Source: Octopus vulgaris (Eukaryota). Taken from it: DNA of 64,000 bases. The translations under genes were made by a program, and so were the position numbers. The stretch spans positions 59,396,001-59,460,000 of the forward strand of contig OX597819.1 in the NCBI GenBank assembly GCA_951406725.2, given 5' to 3'. Below, piece after piece: positions 13,130 through 26,380 of this stretch; the stretch's first letter is position 1, and every line of letters begins with the position of its first letter. A model generated the notes under the pieces. That model was not told where the DNA came from. It made no database searches and saw nothing but the letters and a program-made list of their open reading frames with translations.

Positions 13130-13520
13130 TTTGAAAATACGTATGCATCAGAAACGTGGGCTAGTAACAAGAACACTGAAAATAAATTAAGATCAGCACA
13201 AAGAGCCATGGTAAGGAGAATGCTGAAAATTAACAAAATAGGTAAGTGGATAAGAGTGGCAAAAGGTTTAATGGATATCTGGAAAATAAAAATTCTGAAA
13301 TGGTTTTTCATGGGACATTTATTTAGAAGAAAGGAAAATAAATGGAATAGCAAATTGACTAAGTGGACACCGCATCCAGGATAAAGAATGAGGTGAAAGC
13401 CTATGCAGAAGTTGGAATGAAGACTTTGTTGAATTCTTTGGCACCCAAACATGGATGAAGAAAACATCAGACTGTGGTTGGTAGAGAAAAAATGCTGTGG
13501 CCTTCATCCATTAAAGGATT
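13130..13520 (+). mobile_element. RTE-clade LINE C-terminal fragment
   Basis: TYASETW...KLRSAQRAMVRRML...LKW..MGHL.R....W.....W.P. Confidence 0.8.
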
Positions 13521-14289
13521 CATTCATCGTGCAAAGATGAATGAATCTGAAAATATGATGGGGTTGTCATGTTTGAATCTTTTTGATCATAGATCTGTTT
13601 AATCAGTGCTGACCTACAGCTAACAACGTCTGTAACTTTTATCACTGAAATCCAGTGAAATAAGAATGACTGCATCAACCTACTTATTGACAGGTTGATC
13701 TTAAAATTATAAAGAACAATGATAACCAGTTATGATTTAAAATAGTGAGTTGTTGCTTTGACTGTTTTCAATAATAATTTCTAACTTTGGCAATAACACA
13801 GCTCATTGTGGGGAGGAGATGTATTTGATTATGTTGATTCTACTACTTGACTGGTATATAGTTCTACTTCAAAATGATGGAAGTAAAACGTCCAGCTTTG
13901 ATACAAGGCCAAACTTTTGGAAGTGGAATCAATTGATTTAATCAACCCAAATACTTGATGGGTACCTGTTTAACCGACTTCAGAAGGATGGAAGTTAAGG
14001 TCGGTCCTTGGCAACAATTTGAAATCAGTGTGAAAATGATGTCACCAAATATTCTACTGTTTATAAAGAAACAGGTAGTAGTAGTTACCTCCCTTTTATT
14101 AAATAGCCTTAGTGGGCGCTGACACGCATACATACACACGTCTTACATCTATCAAAACAGCCTTTTTAAGTTGATTTCCCTTTATAATAATAATGATGAT
14201 GACAATGAGATTATTGTGTAAAGTGCATGTGCACAGATTTTTGTAAAAGAATCCAAAATTCAATTTTTGGCATCAACATTTGATAAAAT

Positions 14290-14705
14290 CATCATCATCG
14301 TTTAACGTCCGCTTTCTATGCTAGCATGGGTTGGACGATTTTGACTGAGGACTGGCGAACCAGATGGCTGCACCAGGCTCCAATCTTGATCTGGCAGAGT
14401 TTCTACAGCTGAATGCCCTTCCTAACACGAGCCACTCCGAGAGTGTAGTGGGTGCTTTTACGTGCCACCGGCACAGGGGCCAGTCGGGCGGTACTGGCAA
14501 CGGCCTCACTCGAATGTTTTTACACATGCCACCGGCACAAGTGCCAGTAAGGCGACACTGATAACGATCACGCTCGAATGGTGCCTTTTATGTGTCACCG
14601 GCACGGAAGCCAGTTTGCCGCTCTGGCAACGATCACACTCGGATGGTGTTCTTAGCACCCTACTAGCACGGGGCACAAGTGCCAGTAAGGCGATGCTGGT
14701 AACAA
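14290..14705 (-). mobile_element. RTE 3'-UTR fragment with internal tandem units
   Basis: Repeated gccggtggcacgtaaaagcacc-type units and (GAT)n tail. Confidence 0.8.
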
Positions 14706-15103
14706 GTAGAAATGTTAAAAATTTATTTTACTTTTCCACAATTGTGTGTGTGCATATTTTATCTTTCAATAAAGATTTTGGTTTTTGGAAAATCATTCTC
14801 TAAAATTTTAGGCGTGTATATTGAATGAATTCTCTATTTTCTATAATTTCCAAGAGAATAAAGTATATGATTTTTGTCTTGTTGAAGATATTACAACTTC
14901 TCTAGGGTTGGTACTGAAATAAAATGCATGCAGTTTTCCAGAAAGTGGTTAGTGTTTTAAAGGGTTTCCAATTATAGAAAGTAATCCAAAATTGAAATAT
15001 ATCAGTGAGATGTAGTCCTCCAGCCTATGTAGGAGAGCAATGGCTTCAAATAAGAATTAACTCTATGACAAATCCCTAACACCACCACCATCCCACCCCC
15101 AAC

Positions 15104-15526
15104 CAGCACTGGATTAACATTAAGCGAAACACGCACTCACTTTGGACATCAAAGGAAGTGGGGGCACCACAGGAATTGTTATAGTGCTAAAGGAAATCAC
15201 TTTAAACTTTTAAAAATAATATTTGAAGTGGTTTATATGATCAGAAATATAATTTCGAAGTGTTCGTGGTATCATAATGAGGATCTAATCAAAGACTTTG
15301 CAATTAAAAAAAAGTAGGAGATAATTTTCAAATATAAATAAAGTGGAAGTATGCAAAATAAATATTATTTTCCATTTTACTCTTAGTTTTGTTTCCTTTT
15401 GAAAAATAAAAATTTGTTCTATGCTTTATTAGTCTTCATATTTTGAATTACATATATATATATATATATGGGGACACCAAAATTGCTTAAGTGCTTAAGG
15501 CCTCGATGGGTCTTAATCCAGCCCTG
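15104..15526. mobile_element. hAT-type MITE
   Basis: TIR cagcactggattaa / ttaatccagccctg with perfect 8-bp TSD CCCCCAAC. Confidence 0.8.
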
Positions 15527-15878
15527 CCCCCAACCCATGACAGCATGGAAAATGAATGTAAAATAATGATGACTACAAGCTAGTCAAATGTGAAACTATT
15601 TGCTCGAATTTGATGCCATCTCACATATGATATGATTCTCCCACTCTAGTTTCTATCCCTAAAGATCAGTAATATATTTTAGCTTTTTATAATTTATTTT
15701 TTTACACTCAACTATAATGTACTCCTTTAATCTTGAACCTGGGATCCTGCTTTAATTTCCTGCATTAAGTTTGAATCTATTGCAAGCTTCGGTGCAGTAT
15801 ATTTCCATATATCTATATTTTGTCATCTCATCTATGGAACATTAATTTTCAAAAATCGTTTTTGTTTTTCATTTTTAG

Positions 15879-15970
15879 GAAGATATAGAAAAATTAATTG
15901 CTGAATTTCAAGAAAAAGACCGTGAGAAGAATAAGGTAATTGAAGAAAAATGTGATCCTCCATCTCAAAG
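15879..15970 (+). CDS. KLHDC4: KLHDC4 coding exon 2 (EDIEKLIAEFQEKD...CDPPSQR)
   Basis: ttttttag-type acceptor, AG|GTAATA donor; 92 nt, phase 0->2; matches the KLHDC4 EDLEALIA..PPSPR segment. Confidence 0.93.
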
Positions 15971-16763
15971 GTAATAATTACATCAACTTCATCATTGTTT
16001 TAACATCTGCTTTTTCATACTAGCATGGGCCAGAGTTTTCTACAAATGGATGCCTTTCCTGATTCCAACCATCACCTGTTTCCAAGTGAGGTAATAATCT
16101 CCCATCTGTCAAATAATAAACACCATGGTCATGTTTACATGGAGAACTAGAAACAGATGACACCTAACGAATGAACCATTTGATATGTTGTTCAATCTTT
16201 GTAAACAAGACATCAAAGAAGCCCACTTGTGCTTTCGTGGTAGGCTGGAAGCAAATGATACCATCAACATGAACAGCAAGGCCACTGCTCACAACCAGTG
16301 AACGTATGTGAAGATATGAGGAAATATGAACTCACTTGTACAAACACAGATACACATACATATATAAATATATATAATAGGCTTCTTTCAGTTTACTTCT
16401 ACCAAATCCACTCACAAGACTTTGGTTCATCCATGACTACAGTAGAAGATGCTACACAATAGAATTTAACTCAGTACCATGGGGTTGGGAGGAAAAAAAT
16501 ACAGAACCATTCTAGTTACACCGGTATAGAAAAGTGGATGTAAAACAGATCACCTGCTTGTCTCATGCCTTCAGCGCTGCATGGAATATGCAATCCATTA
16601 CTTGAAAAATATATGAGAGTCAGCAGTAGGAAGGGCATCTGGTTGTAAAAGTTTACCACAATAACATTTATCTAACCCATTGCTAGCATGAAAGAAAAAG
16701 GCTGTAAAAAAGAACAAACATTCACACTTTGATACAATATATTATATTTATTTTTTGTTTCAG

Positions 16764-16842
16764 ATGCAATGCCACATTCACTGCACATCCAGATAAAGAA
16801 GAATTGGTTTTATTTGGAGGTGAATATTATAATGGAAAGCAA
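16764..16842 (+). CDS. KLHDC4: KLHDC4 coding exon 3 (CNATFTAHPDKEELVLFGGEYYNGKQ), kelch repeat
   Basis: tttcag acceptor, GTGAGT donor; 79 nt, phase 2->0; HP.K.EL.LFGGEY.NG motif. Confidence 0.95.
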
Positions 16843-17237
16843 GTGAGTACCAAATTATAAAACTGCTAATTTTGAATTTTGTATTTCCTCTCATAAATGA
16901 AAAGAGATTCATTAAATCCAAGAATACAGAATTACTTTTCAGAAATATATATATATATATTTAGATCAGTTATTTTCAGTAGTTTACTTTGTTTTTGTTA
17001 CTTCTGCTTTCAGATTAATATTTCTGAGTGTAGTTAATGTTTCTGGCCTGAGGCTATAGTAGAAGACACTTGCCCAAGGTGCCATGCAGTGGGACTGAAC
17101 CCAGAACCATGTGGTTGGTAAGCAAGCTACTTACCACACAGCCACACCTACGTTTGTTTGCTTTTTTATCTTTAACTGTTCTAATGTTGAGTTTTTTTGC
17201 TGACTGAAACCTTTAACCTTTTCCATCATTATTACAG

Positions 17238-17336
17238 ATGTTTATGTACAACGACTTGTTCTTTTATAACACCAAGAAGAATGAGTGGCTCAAAGTCACT
17301 GCTCCTAACGCACCACCACCCAGAAGTTCCCATCAG
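17238..17336 (+). CDS. KLHDC4: KLHDC4 coding exon 4 (MFMYNDLFFYNTKKNEW...PPPRSSHQ)
   Basis: ttacag acceptor, CAG|GTAAAC donor; 99 nt, phase 0->0. Confidence 0.95.
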
Positions 17337-18280
17337 GTAAACCACAGTTTCTCTCATACTTTTGTTTCAATTAATTGACTGCACGACTAATTGTTCTCAA
17401 ATTAGTATTAAAATTTATGGAACGGATTTTTGTCTAAGAAATTCACTTCACAAACTTGTGGTTTTGGTTTCAGTCTAACTGCATATTACCTTGGCCAAAT
17501 GTCTTTTACTATCAACCGCAAGCCAATCAAAGCCCTGTGAGGGAATTTGTTTGACGGAAACTAGCAAAACAAAAGGGGGAAATAAGGAAGAATTTCATCT
17601 TACTTATGTATGTCCAGGTATGGCTATGTGGTTAAGAAGTTTGCTTCAGAACCACATGGTTAGGGGTTTCAATCCCACTGTGTGAACACTGTCAGCTAAT
17701 GTTCTCTATTATAGCTACAAGTTGACCAATGTCATAAGAGTGAAATTTGATAGACAGAAACTGGAAGACATTTGTTGTATATGTGTATCTATCTATCTAT
17801 CTATCTATATCTATCTATCTGTCTGTCTAGGTAAACCACAGTTTCTCTCATACTTTTGTTTCAATTAATTGACTGCACGACTAATTGTTCTCAAATTAGT
17901 ATTAAAATTTATGGAACGGATTTTTGTCTAAGAAATTCACTTCACAAACTTGTGGTTTTGGTTTCAGTCTAACTGCATATTACCTTGGCCAAATGTCTTT
18001 TACTATCAACCGCAAGCCAATCAAAGCCCTGTGAGGGAATTTGTTTGACGGAAACTAGCAAAACAAAAGGGGGGAAATAAGGAAGAATTTCATCTTACTT
18101 ATGTATGTCCAGGTATGGCTATGTGGTTAAGAAGTTTGCTTCAGAACCACATGGTTAGGGGTTTCAATCCCACTGTGTGAACACTGTCAGCTAATGTTCT
18201 CTATTATAGCTACAAGTTGACCAATGCCATAAGAGTGAAATTTGATAGACAGAAACTGGAAGACATTTGTTGTATATGTG

Positions 18281-18313
<33 letters not shown>

Positions 18314-18335
18314 CTATCTATCTATCTGTCTGTCT
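17335..18335 (+). repeat. Tandem duplication of ~494 bp starting at the exon-4 donor
   Basis: 17335-17828 repeated near-identically from 17829. Confidence 0.95.
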
Positions 18336-18348
18336 ATCTATCTATCTA

Positions 18349-18380
<32 letters not shown>

Positions 18381-18384
<4 letters not shown>

Positions 18385-18612
18385 TAATTAGGGTTCAGCT
18401 AATTACTTCACCACATACCGAATTTAGAAATAGGAGTTAAAATTCCTTTTCTGCTACTATAAGAATCTCCATGTGGTGAAGCAATCAGCTGAATCCGAAT
18501 TATAATTATGTGGATAATTTTACCTATAAGGGTTATTTTAACGTACCAATCTACTTGGTAAAATTATTAATTAATTAATTTGATTAATAAATTTTACCCT
18601 TCTATTATTAAT
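18381..18612. mobile_element. Fold-back insertion in (TA)n
   Basis: Imperfect ~35-bp inverted arms ataattagggttcagct...ccacat / atgtggtgaag...gaattat, plus tail. Confidence 0.5.
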
Positions 18613-18634
18613 ATATATATATATATATACATAC

Positions 18635-18667
<33 letters not shown>

Positions 18668-19169
18668 GTGTGTGTGTGCATGCAAAATATTATGCTACCT
18701 GGAAACTTGTGAGGATTGGCAACAGCAAAAGTATCTGACCATTGAAAATATGTCCCAACAAATTCTTATCTATGCATGTGGGCATTAAAAAGGTGATGGT
18801 AATGTGTGTATATACTTCTGTGTATTCATAACGAAGTGTGTATTCCCCGTGTGTCATGTGCACACTGAGTTCAAATAAAAGTGTCATTGCATATAACAAC
18901 AGTGTCATTTGTTTGCAGTCCTTTGCAGAAGCATGTTATGGCTGTTTGTTGTTTGAAAGATTGGGAGAAAACAAATGAGGGTTGGCATCAGGAAGAGCAG
19001 CCTGTTGTGGAAAATTCTACCTCAACAAAGTCTTATCTGACCCATGCACATGTGGAAAAGTCCACCACACTAAAGTGGTTGGCAGTAAGAGGGGTATCCA
19101 GTTGTAGAAATCATGCAAAATCAGACTGGAGTCTGGTGCCCCTCACCCCACCCTAGTTTGTTATTTCTG

Positions 19170-19465
19170 GTCAAAAAAACATTCGAGCGAGGTCGTAGTC
19201 AGTGTGGCTGGACTGGCTCCTGTGCAAGTGGCATGTAAAAAACACCATTTGAGTGTGGCCGTTGCCAGTACTGCCTGACTGGCCCTCGTGCTGGTGGCAC
19301 GTAAAAGCATCCACTACATTCTCGGAGTGGTTGGCATTAGGAAGGGCTGTAGAAACTCTACCAAATCAGATTGGGGCCTGGTGCAGCCATCTGGTTCGCC
19401 AGTCTTCAGTCAAATCATCTAACCCATGCTAGCATGGAAAGCAGACGTTAAACAATGCTGATGAT
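19170..19465 (+). mobile_element. RTE 3'-UTR fragment
   Basis: Same family as 14290 and 54235. Confidence 0.75.
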
Positions 19466-20385
19466 GGTCACACCATTCAACCCATGCCTGCATGGACAAC
19501 AGACATTAAATGATGATGAGTTGTGTGTATATGTTTGTTTCCTTATCTTGACATCATGTGCTAGTTGTAAACAAACATTATCATCACACAAACACTGTCA
19601 TTTCACTTCTGTAGAAGTATGTTTGGACTGGGAGAAAATATTACCTTGTTTAGAAACAGGTCAGGCTTGGTGACAGGTAGAGCATCCGACTCAACAAATT
19701 TCGTTTGACCAATACAAGCACAGATGTTAGAGTGATTTTGCAATATTCATCTTGTTATTAATCTCATGGGGAAAGTTCAACCTCTGCTAGTAGGACACAT
19801 TATTTGTACAGTACCTTAATTAATATTGGTTATAGTGATAATGTATTATTGATATTTAACCTCTGTTCACAAGTAATGATCCCACTGTATTTGTTCAGAC
19901 ATAATGCATGTGGAAGTATATTATTCAATGTTTACTCTCTTTTTAAGACAGTGGTGTGTCATTTTAAGGAAATTTAAGTGTTATTTATAGCAGATAGAAT
20001 GACCGCATGGAAGGTTTCTTGTCGGCTCTTAGCAACGTGTAGATGGAACAAGAAAGAGTTATGTACCTTCGCTAGGGACACATTGCAGTGCTGTCTAGTC
20101 CCAACTGATGATAGGAAGATAACAGAATAAGGATACAGCAAGGTTCCATATTTCACTTCCCTGAATAAATAATAATGATTTTTTGGTGGGGTTACAAATT
20201 TAGAGAAAGGATGAAGTTGACTAAATCGAACCCAGACTTTTTACAATTTATTGCTCCTGGAAGGTTGGTAAGTGCAGTGTCAATCATATGGAATTTGAAC
20301 CCTGGACATAAAAGCATTTAGTTTGTTATTTCGCCACTTTTTTTCTATGTTCTCAAATATGAATAACTAAAATTGCTTCTCTTAA

Positions 20386-20541
<156 letters not shown>

Positions 20542-20811
20542 TAAATTTCCAGTTTTTTTTTCTCTTTTCTGCATGTTGTTTTATTCATTCATTTATTACA
20601 TTTATTTTATATTGACATGACTGCTATGCATTCATATCATATATTTCTTGTCCCATCAATTCAGTTTAAATATGTATAACTTGTGTTATTTCTGAGGTTC
20701 CCAAGTCTACCATTGTGACCCATTTTAGAAAACAATAATCCTTCTTGGATCTGTATTTAATATTTAATTACAAAAAATGATTTTCCATAAATGTATTAAA
20801 CATTTCTATAT

Positions 20812-21100
20812 AAATTTCGGAAGCATTTTTTCATGTTCAGAATTTCTAAAACACAGAATATATTATCTGGATTAGTTGTTGGCTTTCAGGACATTACATC
20901 CTTCAAAACTTCCATACTTCCTGAAATTCATCAACAGTACACCTGATGTACCCCTCCCCACTTTTTTCTTAAACAACTCATTCACTGTTCACTCCCTGTG
21001 CAATATTCTATGTACTATGCATGCACTTTTGGCTACTTTTTTCTGATGAGTTGTAGTACATCTGAACACTGTATGCAATAAGTTCATTATTATTATTATA
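20812..21100 (+). mobile_element. CR1/L2-like LINE 3' end, (ATT)n tail
   Basis: Homologous to 36965-37185 (FRKHFF...; gatgagttgtagt..ca.ctga.cactgta). Confidence 0.65.
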
Positions 21101-21609
21101 TTTCAGTATAGTCTATCTAATGGTGGTCTGCCCTTGGGCAAGTCCTGTGCTTGTGAACCTTTTCCAGCACTCCCCATACGATCTGGCAGGGCCCATACCT
21201 TCCTTTGCTGCCATTAAATAGATTACTGAAACTTTGGTTAGCATGACTAGACTTGCAGTGAATACTGGAGTGGTTTCCTGTAGCCTTCTCCAGGCAGTGA
21301 AAATATTTCAGTGTGACATGTTTAAAATTTGATAATTTCGGACAAGAAATGTTCTTTAATTTTTGTTTGCTGTAAATGTTGAAACAGTGCTTCATTATAT
21401 AATATATAATAATGAAATTATTGTATACAGTGCTCAACCTATGGCTTATTGATATACCATATGTATTAACATTTTACATTTTATAAAATATTTCAAAAGT
21501 AAAATTTTATCTTCACAACCCTTTCGAAATTATGCCAGGACCTCTGTAATGGGAATTGCTGTATTATACACATCATATATAAACCTTAAACATATACACA
21601 TTTATTTTA

Positions 21610-22575
21610 AGATGAGTAGCCATTATATATTTCTGGAAAAGTAGATTGTACAAAGCATATGTTTGAACTGCCATGCTTCATGGCAGTGAAACATGGGCCA
21701 TGACTGCAGAGGACATGCGTAGGCTCAAAAGAAATGAAACTGGCATGATCTGCTGGATGTGTAATGTCAGTGTGCACACATGACAGAGTGTAAGCGCCCT
21801 GAGAAAAATGTTGGACATAAGAAGCATCGGATGTGGCGTGCAAGAGAGACGTTTGCGCTGGTATGGTCATGTACTACAGATGGATGAGGAGAGATATGTG
21901 AAAAAGTGCCACTCCCAAACAGTTGAAGGAATCCAAGGTAGAGGTAGACCCAGGAAGATATGGGATGAGGTGGTCAAGCATGACCTTCAAACGGGCCTCA
22001 CAGAGGCAATGATGAAAGACCGAGACCTCTGGAGCTGTGCTGTGACTGTGAAGACCTGACAAATAAAGTGAGTTCACAGCTGTATCCTACACCAGCTTCA
22101 CATAACCAGCCCCAGCCTATTCAAAGTACCTTGGATCGTAGGTCGACCTGCTGTGCTTACTTTGGATCATAGGGTGACCTGCTGTGCTTGAGGAGACCTA
22201 TTGAGTCAAGTACATCAACATCAAAATAAAAATCAAATGGAAATTGTAGTTGTGATACCTGTGCTGGTGACATGTAAAAAGCACCATCCGAACGTGGCCG
22301 ATACCAGCGCCGCCTTAACTGGTTTCCATGCCGGTGGCACGTAAAAAGCACCAACTGATCATGGCCATTGCCAGCCTCCTCTGGCCCCTCTGCTGGTGGC
22401 ACATAAAAAGCACCCACTACACTCTCAGTGGTTGGCGTTAGGAAGGGCATCCAGCTGTAGAAACACTGCCAGATCAGACTGGAGCCTAGTGCAGCCTCCT
22501 GGCTTCCCAGACCCCATTCGAACCATCCAACCCATGCTAGCATGAAAAACAGACGTTAAATGATGATGATGATGA
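21610..22575 (+). mobile_element. 5'-truncated RTE LINE (ORF C-terminus + long 3'UTR + (GAT)n)
   Basis: MLHGSETW...RRLRWYGHV...GRGRPRK.W.E.VK.DL...DR.LW, then the UTR that recurs throughout the window. Confidence 0.88.
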
Positions 22576-23104
22576 TATGTATGTGTTAATTTGAGTGGAT
22601 AAGAAGCATACATCTTTCATTTGTTTATTAAATTGGTTTTCTTGCAATAGAACAAGTTGTTAACAATGGTAAGCTGTTTTTATAGATAAATAACTTCTAA
22701 AATTTCTATTCATATGTTTATGTATAAGCATATATGCATATACAGACATGTGTTTATCACACCAAATAATTTCGTTTGAGAATATTTCATTAAGCATTTT
22801 AAAGAACCCTAAACTTTAAGGATTACTGTGAAGTTATCTTTTACCAGACTTACCACAAGTGGAATGATGAAAGATCTATAGTTAGACTACATTAAGTTTG
22901 AGTTTCATAATGATTTACTGAAGATATTGTAATTTTCTGGTCAGCTTATCACCACACCATTAAACATCTCTTGTCCGAGAAAATAGTATTAGATGTGATG
23001 TATTTCTCTCAACTCAGTGCTTTATTGGAATTTATTCTACCAGTTGTCTATATTGGGGGAAGTTGTAATCTTTTGAGTGTGTGTGTGTATGTGTATAGTT
23101 TAAT

Positions 23105-23335
23105 TTATAGAAAAACAAAAGGCGAAAATAGGGGTATGAACAACAAGCAGGTGTATTAGTTTGATGCTCAGGAAAATGAAAAAATATTTTACGTTTCAAG
23201 CCTACGCTCTTCAGCAGAAAGGAATAAGAGAAAATAAACAGAGAGTGAATGATAAAAACTTGTAGATTTAGTGATACACCTGCTTATTGTTCATACACCT
23301 GTCTTTGTCTCTTTTTTTTTTGATAAAAATTTTAA
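23105..23335. mobile_element. Fold-back insertion with degenerate hammerhead-like core
   Basis: Inverted arms 23134-23156 / 23274-23296; minus strand ctgaagagcgtaggcttgaaacgt at 23191-23214. Confidence 0.45.
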
Positions 23336-24571
23336 CTATACATTATGCGCTCACATGGTCACCCTAGTTTTATCCTGCCTTAAATTCCTATTCTTTAAAC
23401 TTGCGCATCTTAACCACTTCCCAAACTTTCTGCACCTCTCCTCATCTACATACCACCACTCCACCTGGATTACCACTGGATGTACTGACAAATTTAATGT
23501 TGTTGGATTATCAGTTATTGTTGTGTATGAGCAGTACAATTAACAGTTTTTAATCCATCTATCTTTTAGGAATAGAAACCATGTTATCTGGGAATGCTAC
23601 TTGCAATAGACTAGCAGTCTACCCAGGAGCAACATATATTTCTTATCTACTTGATGCTATGAAATCAATGCTAAATACTGATTCTTTAAAAGTCTGTTGG
23701 GACTTTTGAGACATCTACATTTTTACATCCTTTTGAGTGTTATGTGTTATACATGTCTCAGACACACTTCTTGGTAGTTTGTATGCATTAGTACTGGTAT
23801 GGCTGTATGGTTAAGAAGCTTGCTTTGCAGATTCCTTTGGCAAGTGTCTTCTATTGCTCCAAACTAGTCTATACCTCTTTAATGCATTTGGTAGACAGAA
23901 ACTATACTAAGCCCATTGCTCATTTGTGTGTGTATGCATGTATGTGTATGTCTATACATGTGTGAAAATATGCATGAATGTTGATATTTAGTCAGTTTGA
24001 GAGATGCAGTACTAATGTCAACACTCATTGTTGACATTATGTCCAGCTTTTTTGCACTTTTTAAGACCTATGAAAGAAAGAAATTCTTTACCTAAAAAAC
24101 ATGTGAGAATTATGATAGGAAGAATATCTGACCATAAAGTCTTGCCCCAAAGTTAGTTCCTATTTCCATCATGCTTGCTTGGAAAAGCAGATGTTAAACG
24201 AGAAAATGAACATATTAATGTGAACCTCAGTATTTTTGTGGACTACATGTCAGTTTTGTAGCATATAGATGAGTTTCTCTACTGTATTTACCTTGTATTA
24301 GGTTTATGGGTAAAATATTTAACCCAACTTAACTTTATCTCAGAGGAAATGAAAAACTTATAAATGCAGCTCTGGTCACATCTAATTGATGGCATGGGCA
24401 GTTGATTGAACAATTAAATATAATCTGTGTATTGTCCTTTTTGATAACTCATACCTCAGCCCATTTTTTGTGTTGATAATTTGTCTTTTGTTATTATATA
24501 TTTTGAATTGTTTTGGTTATCTAAGAATAATTCATTTTACTTGTTCTTTCCTTTCATAATTTTCATTTTAG

Positions 24572-24664
24572 GGCTGTCGGAGGACCTTCATCTCGAAGTG
24601 GCCATCGTATGGTTAACTACAAAAAAATGTTGGTAGTTTTTGGTGGTTTCAATGACAACTATAG
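24572..24664 (+). CDS. KLHDC4: KLHDC4 coding exon 6 (AVGGPSSRSGHRMV...VFGGFNDNYR)
   Basis: ttttag acceptor, AG|GTATTA donor; 93 nt, phase 2->2; GPS.RSGHRM motif. Confidence 0.95.
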
Positions 24665-24690
24665 GTATTATCATTATTATTATCATTATC

Positions 24691-24729
<39 letters not shown>

Positions 24730-24731
<2 letters not shown>

Positions 24732-25628
24732 CTCCGCCTTAGCGAAGATAGAGGTATTGTTTTCAGACGTGTTTGTTTGTCCATGGACAAAATATCTCAA
24801 GAACCGCCAGATGGATTTGGATGAAACTTCAGGAATGTTTGGCCTCATGACTGGCATGAACTGATTAAATTTTGGGATCAATTTGCTACCAGACAAGGAT
24901 TCTGGATTATTTGTTATATTTACTTTATATGAAGTATTACGATCTTATGTTCACTTTCAAGTCTTTCTCTGATTATCTCCCTTGAAAGCATGCTCATGGT
25001 TTCCACGTAAGTTATGGCGGCGTTGCTGTTTCCAGAGTTTTATTTTCATTATCCTCAACAATTTTTAGTTTTACCAATTTAGAATACATCACTCCTGTTT
25101 AAAACCTCTTAGCTATTTGACAATTGCATTTCCAGCTCTGACTTCAAGGAAGCTTTACTTCTTGGACTCATGTTTTTGTGTGCAATGATCTTGTTAAACC
25201 TCTGTTAACAGCACCATATGCAGATCCTTTCTGTTTTCTTTCATACACAGATAAATTTTTCACTAAGGACTTTAATGGTCATAAAGATACTATATCAGTG
25301 GATAGACTAAAAAAGGCCTTCATAGAGAAAACTGTCCCTGTTCCCACTGCAGACAGCACACACACAGCATTACAAACACAGCCCACACACCTACCTTCAC
25401 ATTCCATGGCTACCATAGTGATTGATCAGGTACCAGACAAGGATTCTTGATTATTTTCTGTTTTTTTTTACTTAATTTTTGAGAGCGGTTGGGTCCATTT
25501 TTAGTATTCTTGTTTGAGAGCAGTCGAGTTTAATTCAGATATTCTCATTTTAAAAATCATCTCCAGCTAATAATTGAGAGGACATTGATGTTGCCTTGAT
25601 GGACATCTGTGCTCTCTGACTGCTCTTG
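24730..25628 (+). mobile_element. Non-autonomous Helentron/HINE-like element carrying a foreign insert
   Basis: tctccgcc...gaggtattgttttc...gtttgtttgt...gatttggatgaaactt start; ccttgatgga..tctgtgctctctgactgctcttg end; inserted in (ATT)n. Confidence 0.55.
25166..25322 (+). pseudogene. Ty3/Gypsy integrase C-terminal fragment
   Basis: THVFVCND.VK..L.APY..PF.....DK.F....NG..DTISVDRLK.AF. Confidence 0.7.
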
Positions 25629-25839
25629 TTATTATTATTATTATTAAGGCAGCAAGCTGGCAGAATCTTCACTGTCTGAGTTCAAATTCCACTGGGGTTG
25701 ACTTTGCCTTTCATCCTTTTGAAGTTGATAAATTAAGTACCAATGAAACACTGGGATCGATATAATCAACTAGCCCCCTTCGACCCAAATTTCAGGCCTT
25801 GTACCTATACTAGAAAATATTATCAATATTATTATTATT

Positions 25840-26245
25840 GAGTGAGAGAGCAGTGCATGCCATCAAAGTGACTCTGGGTAAAATATATAAAGCCCAGTAT
25901 ACCCATCATGACTACCCATCTGATAAAGGTACACCAGGTACATGCATCACAACCATGTGTGCATGACATGGTGATCTCATATCAAGATTAACAGCGCATG
26001 ACTTTGCAGGTGGGGTCCAGTTAGAATTTTCTTCAGGTCGAGTAGCCGATCCCACTCAAAAGGTCCCTGAATAAGGGTTGTTTAAGGATGGTGAATTATC
26101 CAGTCCCCAAAGAATTCCTCTCAACACATGGCTATGATGCTCCTCCACTACTTCTGCTCGTGATCAGAGATGCTCAACTGGTTACGGTCAAACAACTGAT
26201 GAGCAAATCTGTGGTATTGAACAGAATATTTGCTGTAGTCCCATC
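25840..26245 (-). mobile_element. Probable SINE/LINE-tail dispersed repeat
   Basis: GC-richer block ending ctctctcactc(aat)n on the minus strand. Confidence 0.4.
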
Positions 26246-26380
26246 TTTTATTATTACTATTAATATTATATGTTCTGGCGTTTTACATTTCAAGACCAAT
26301 AAAATACCAGCCAAGCATCGTAGTAGATGATATTGACTGAACCACTACAAAATTTCTAGCTTTCACCTATATTAGAAATA

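Noticed and set aside
18381-18506. Hammerhead in this fold-back element
   Set aside because: No CUGANGA or 3:8-swapped core with GAAA spacing found in either arm
21043-21075. CTGATGA as a hammerhead core
   Set aside because: No GAAA after a stem II; it belongs to the CR1/L2 3'UTR, and the 37120 homologue lacks the motif
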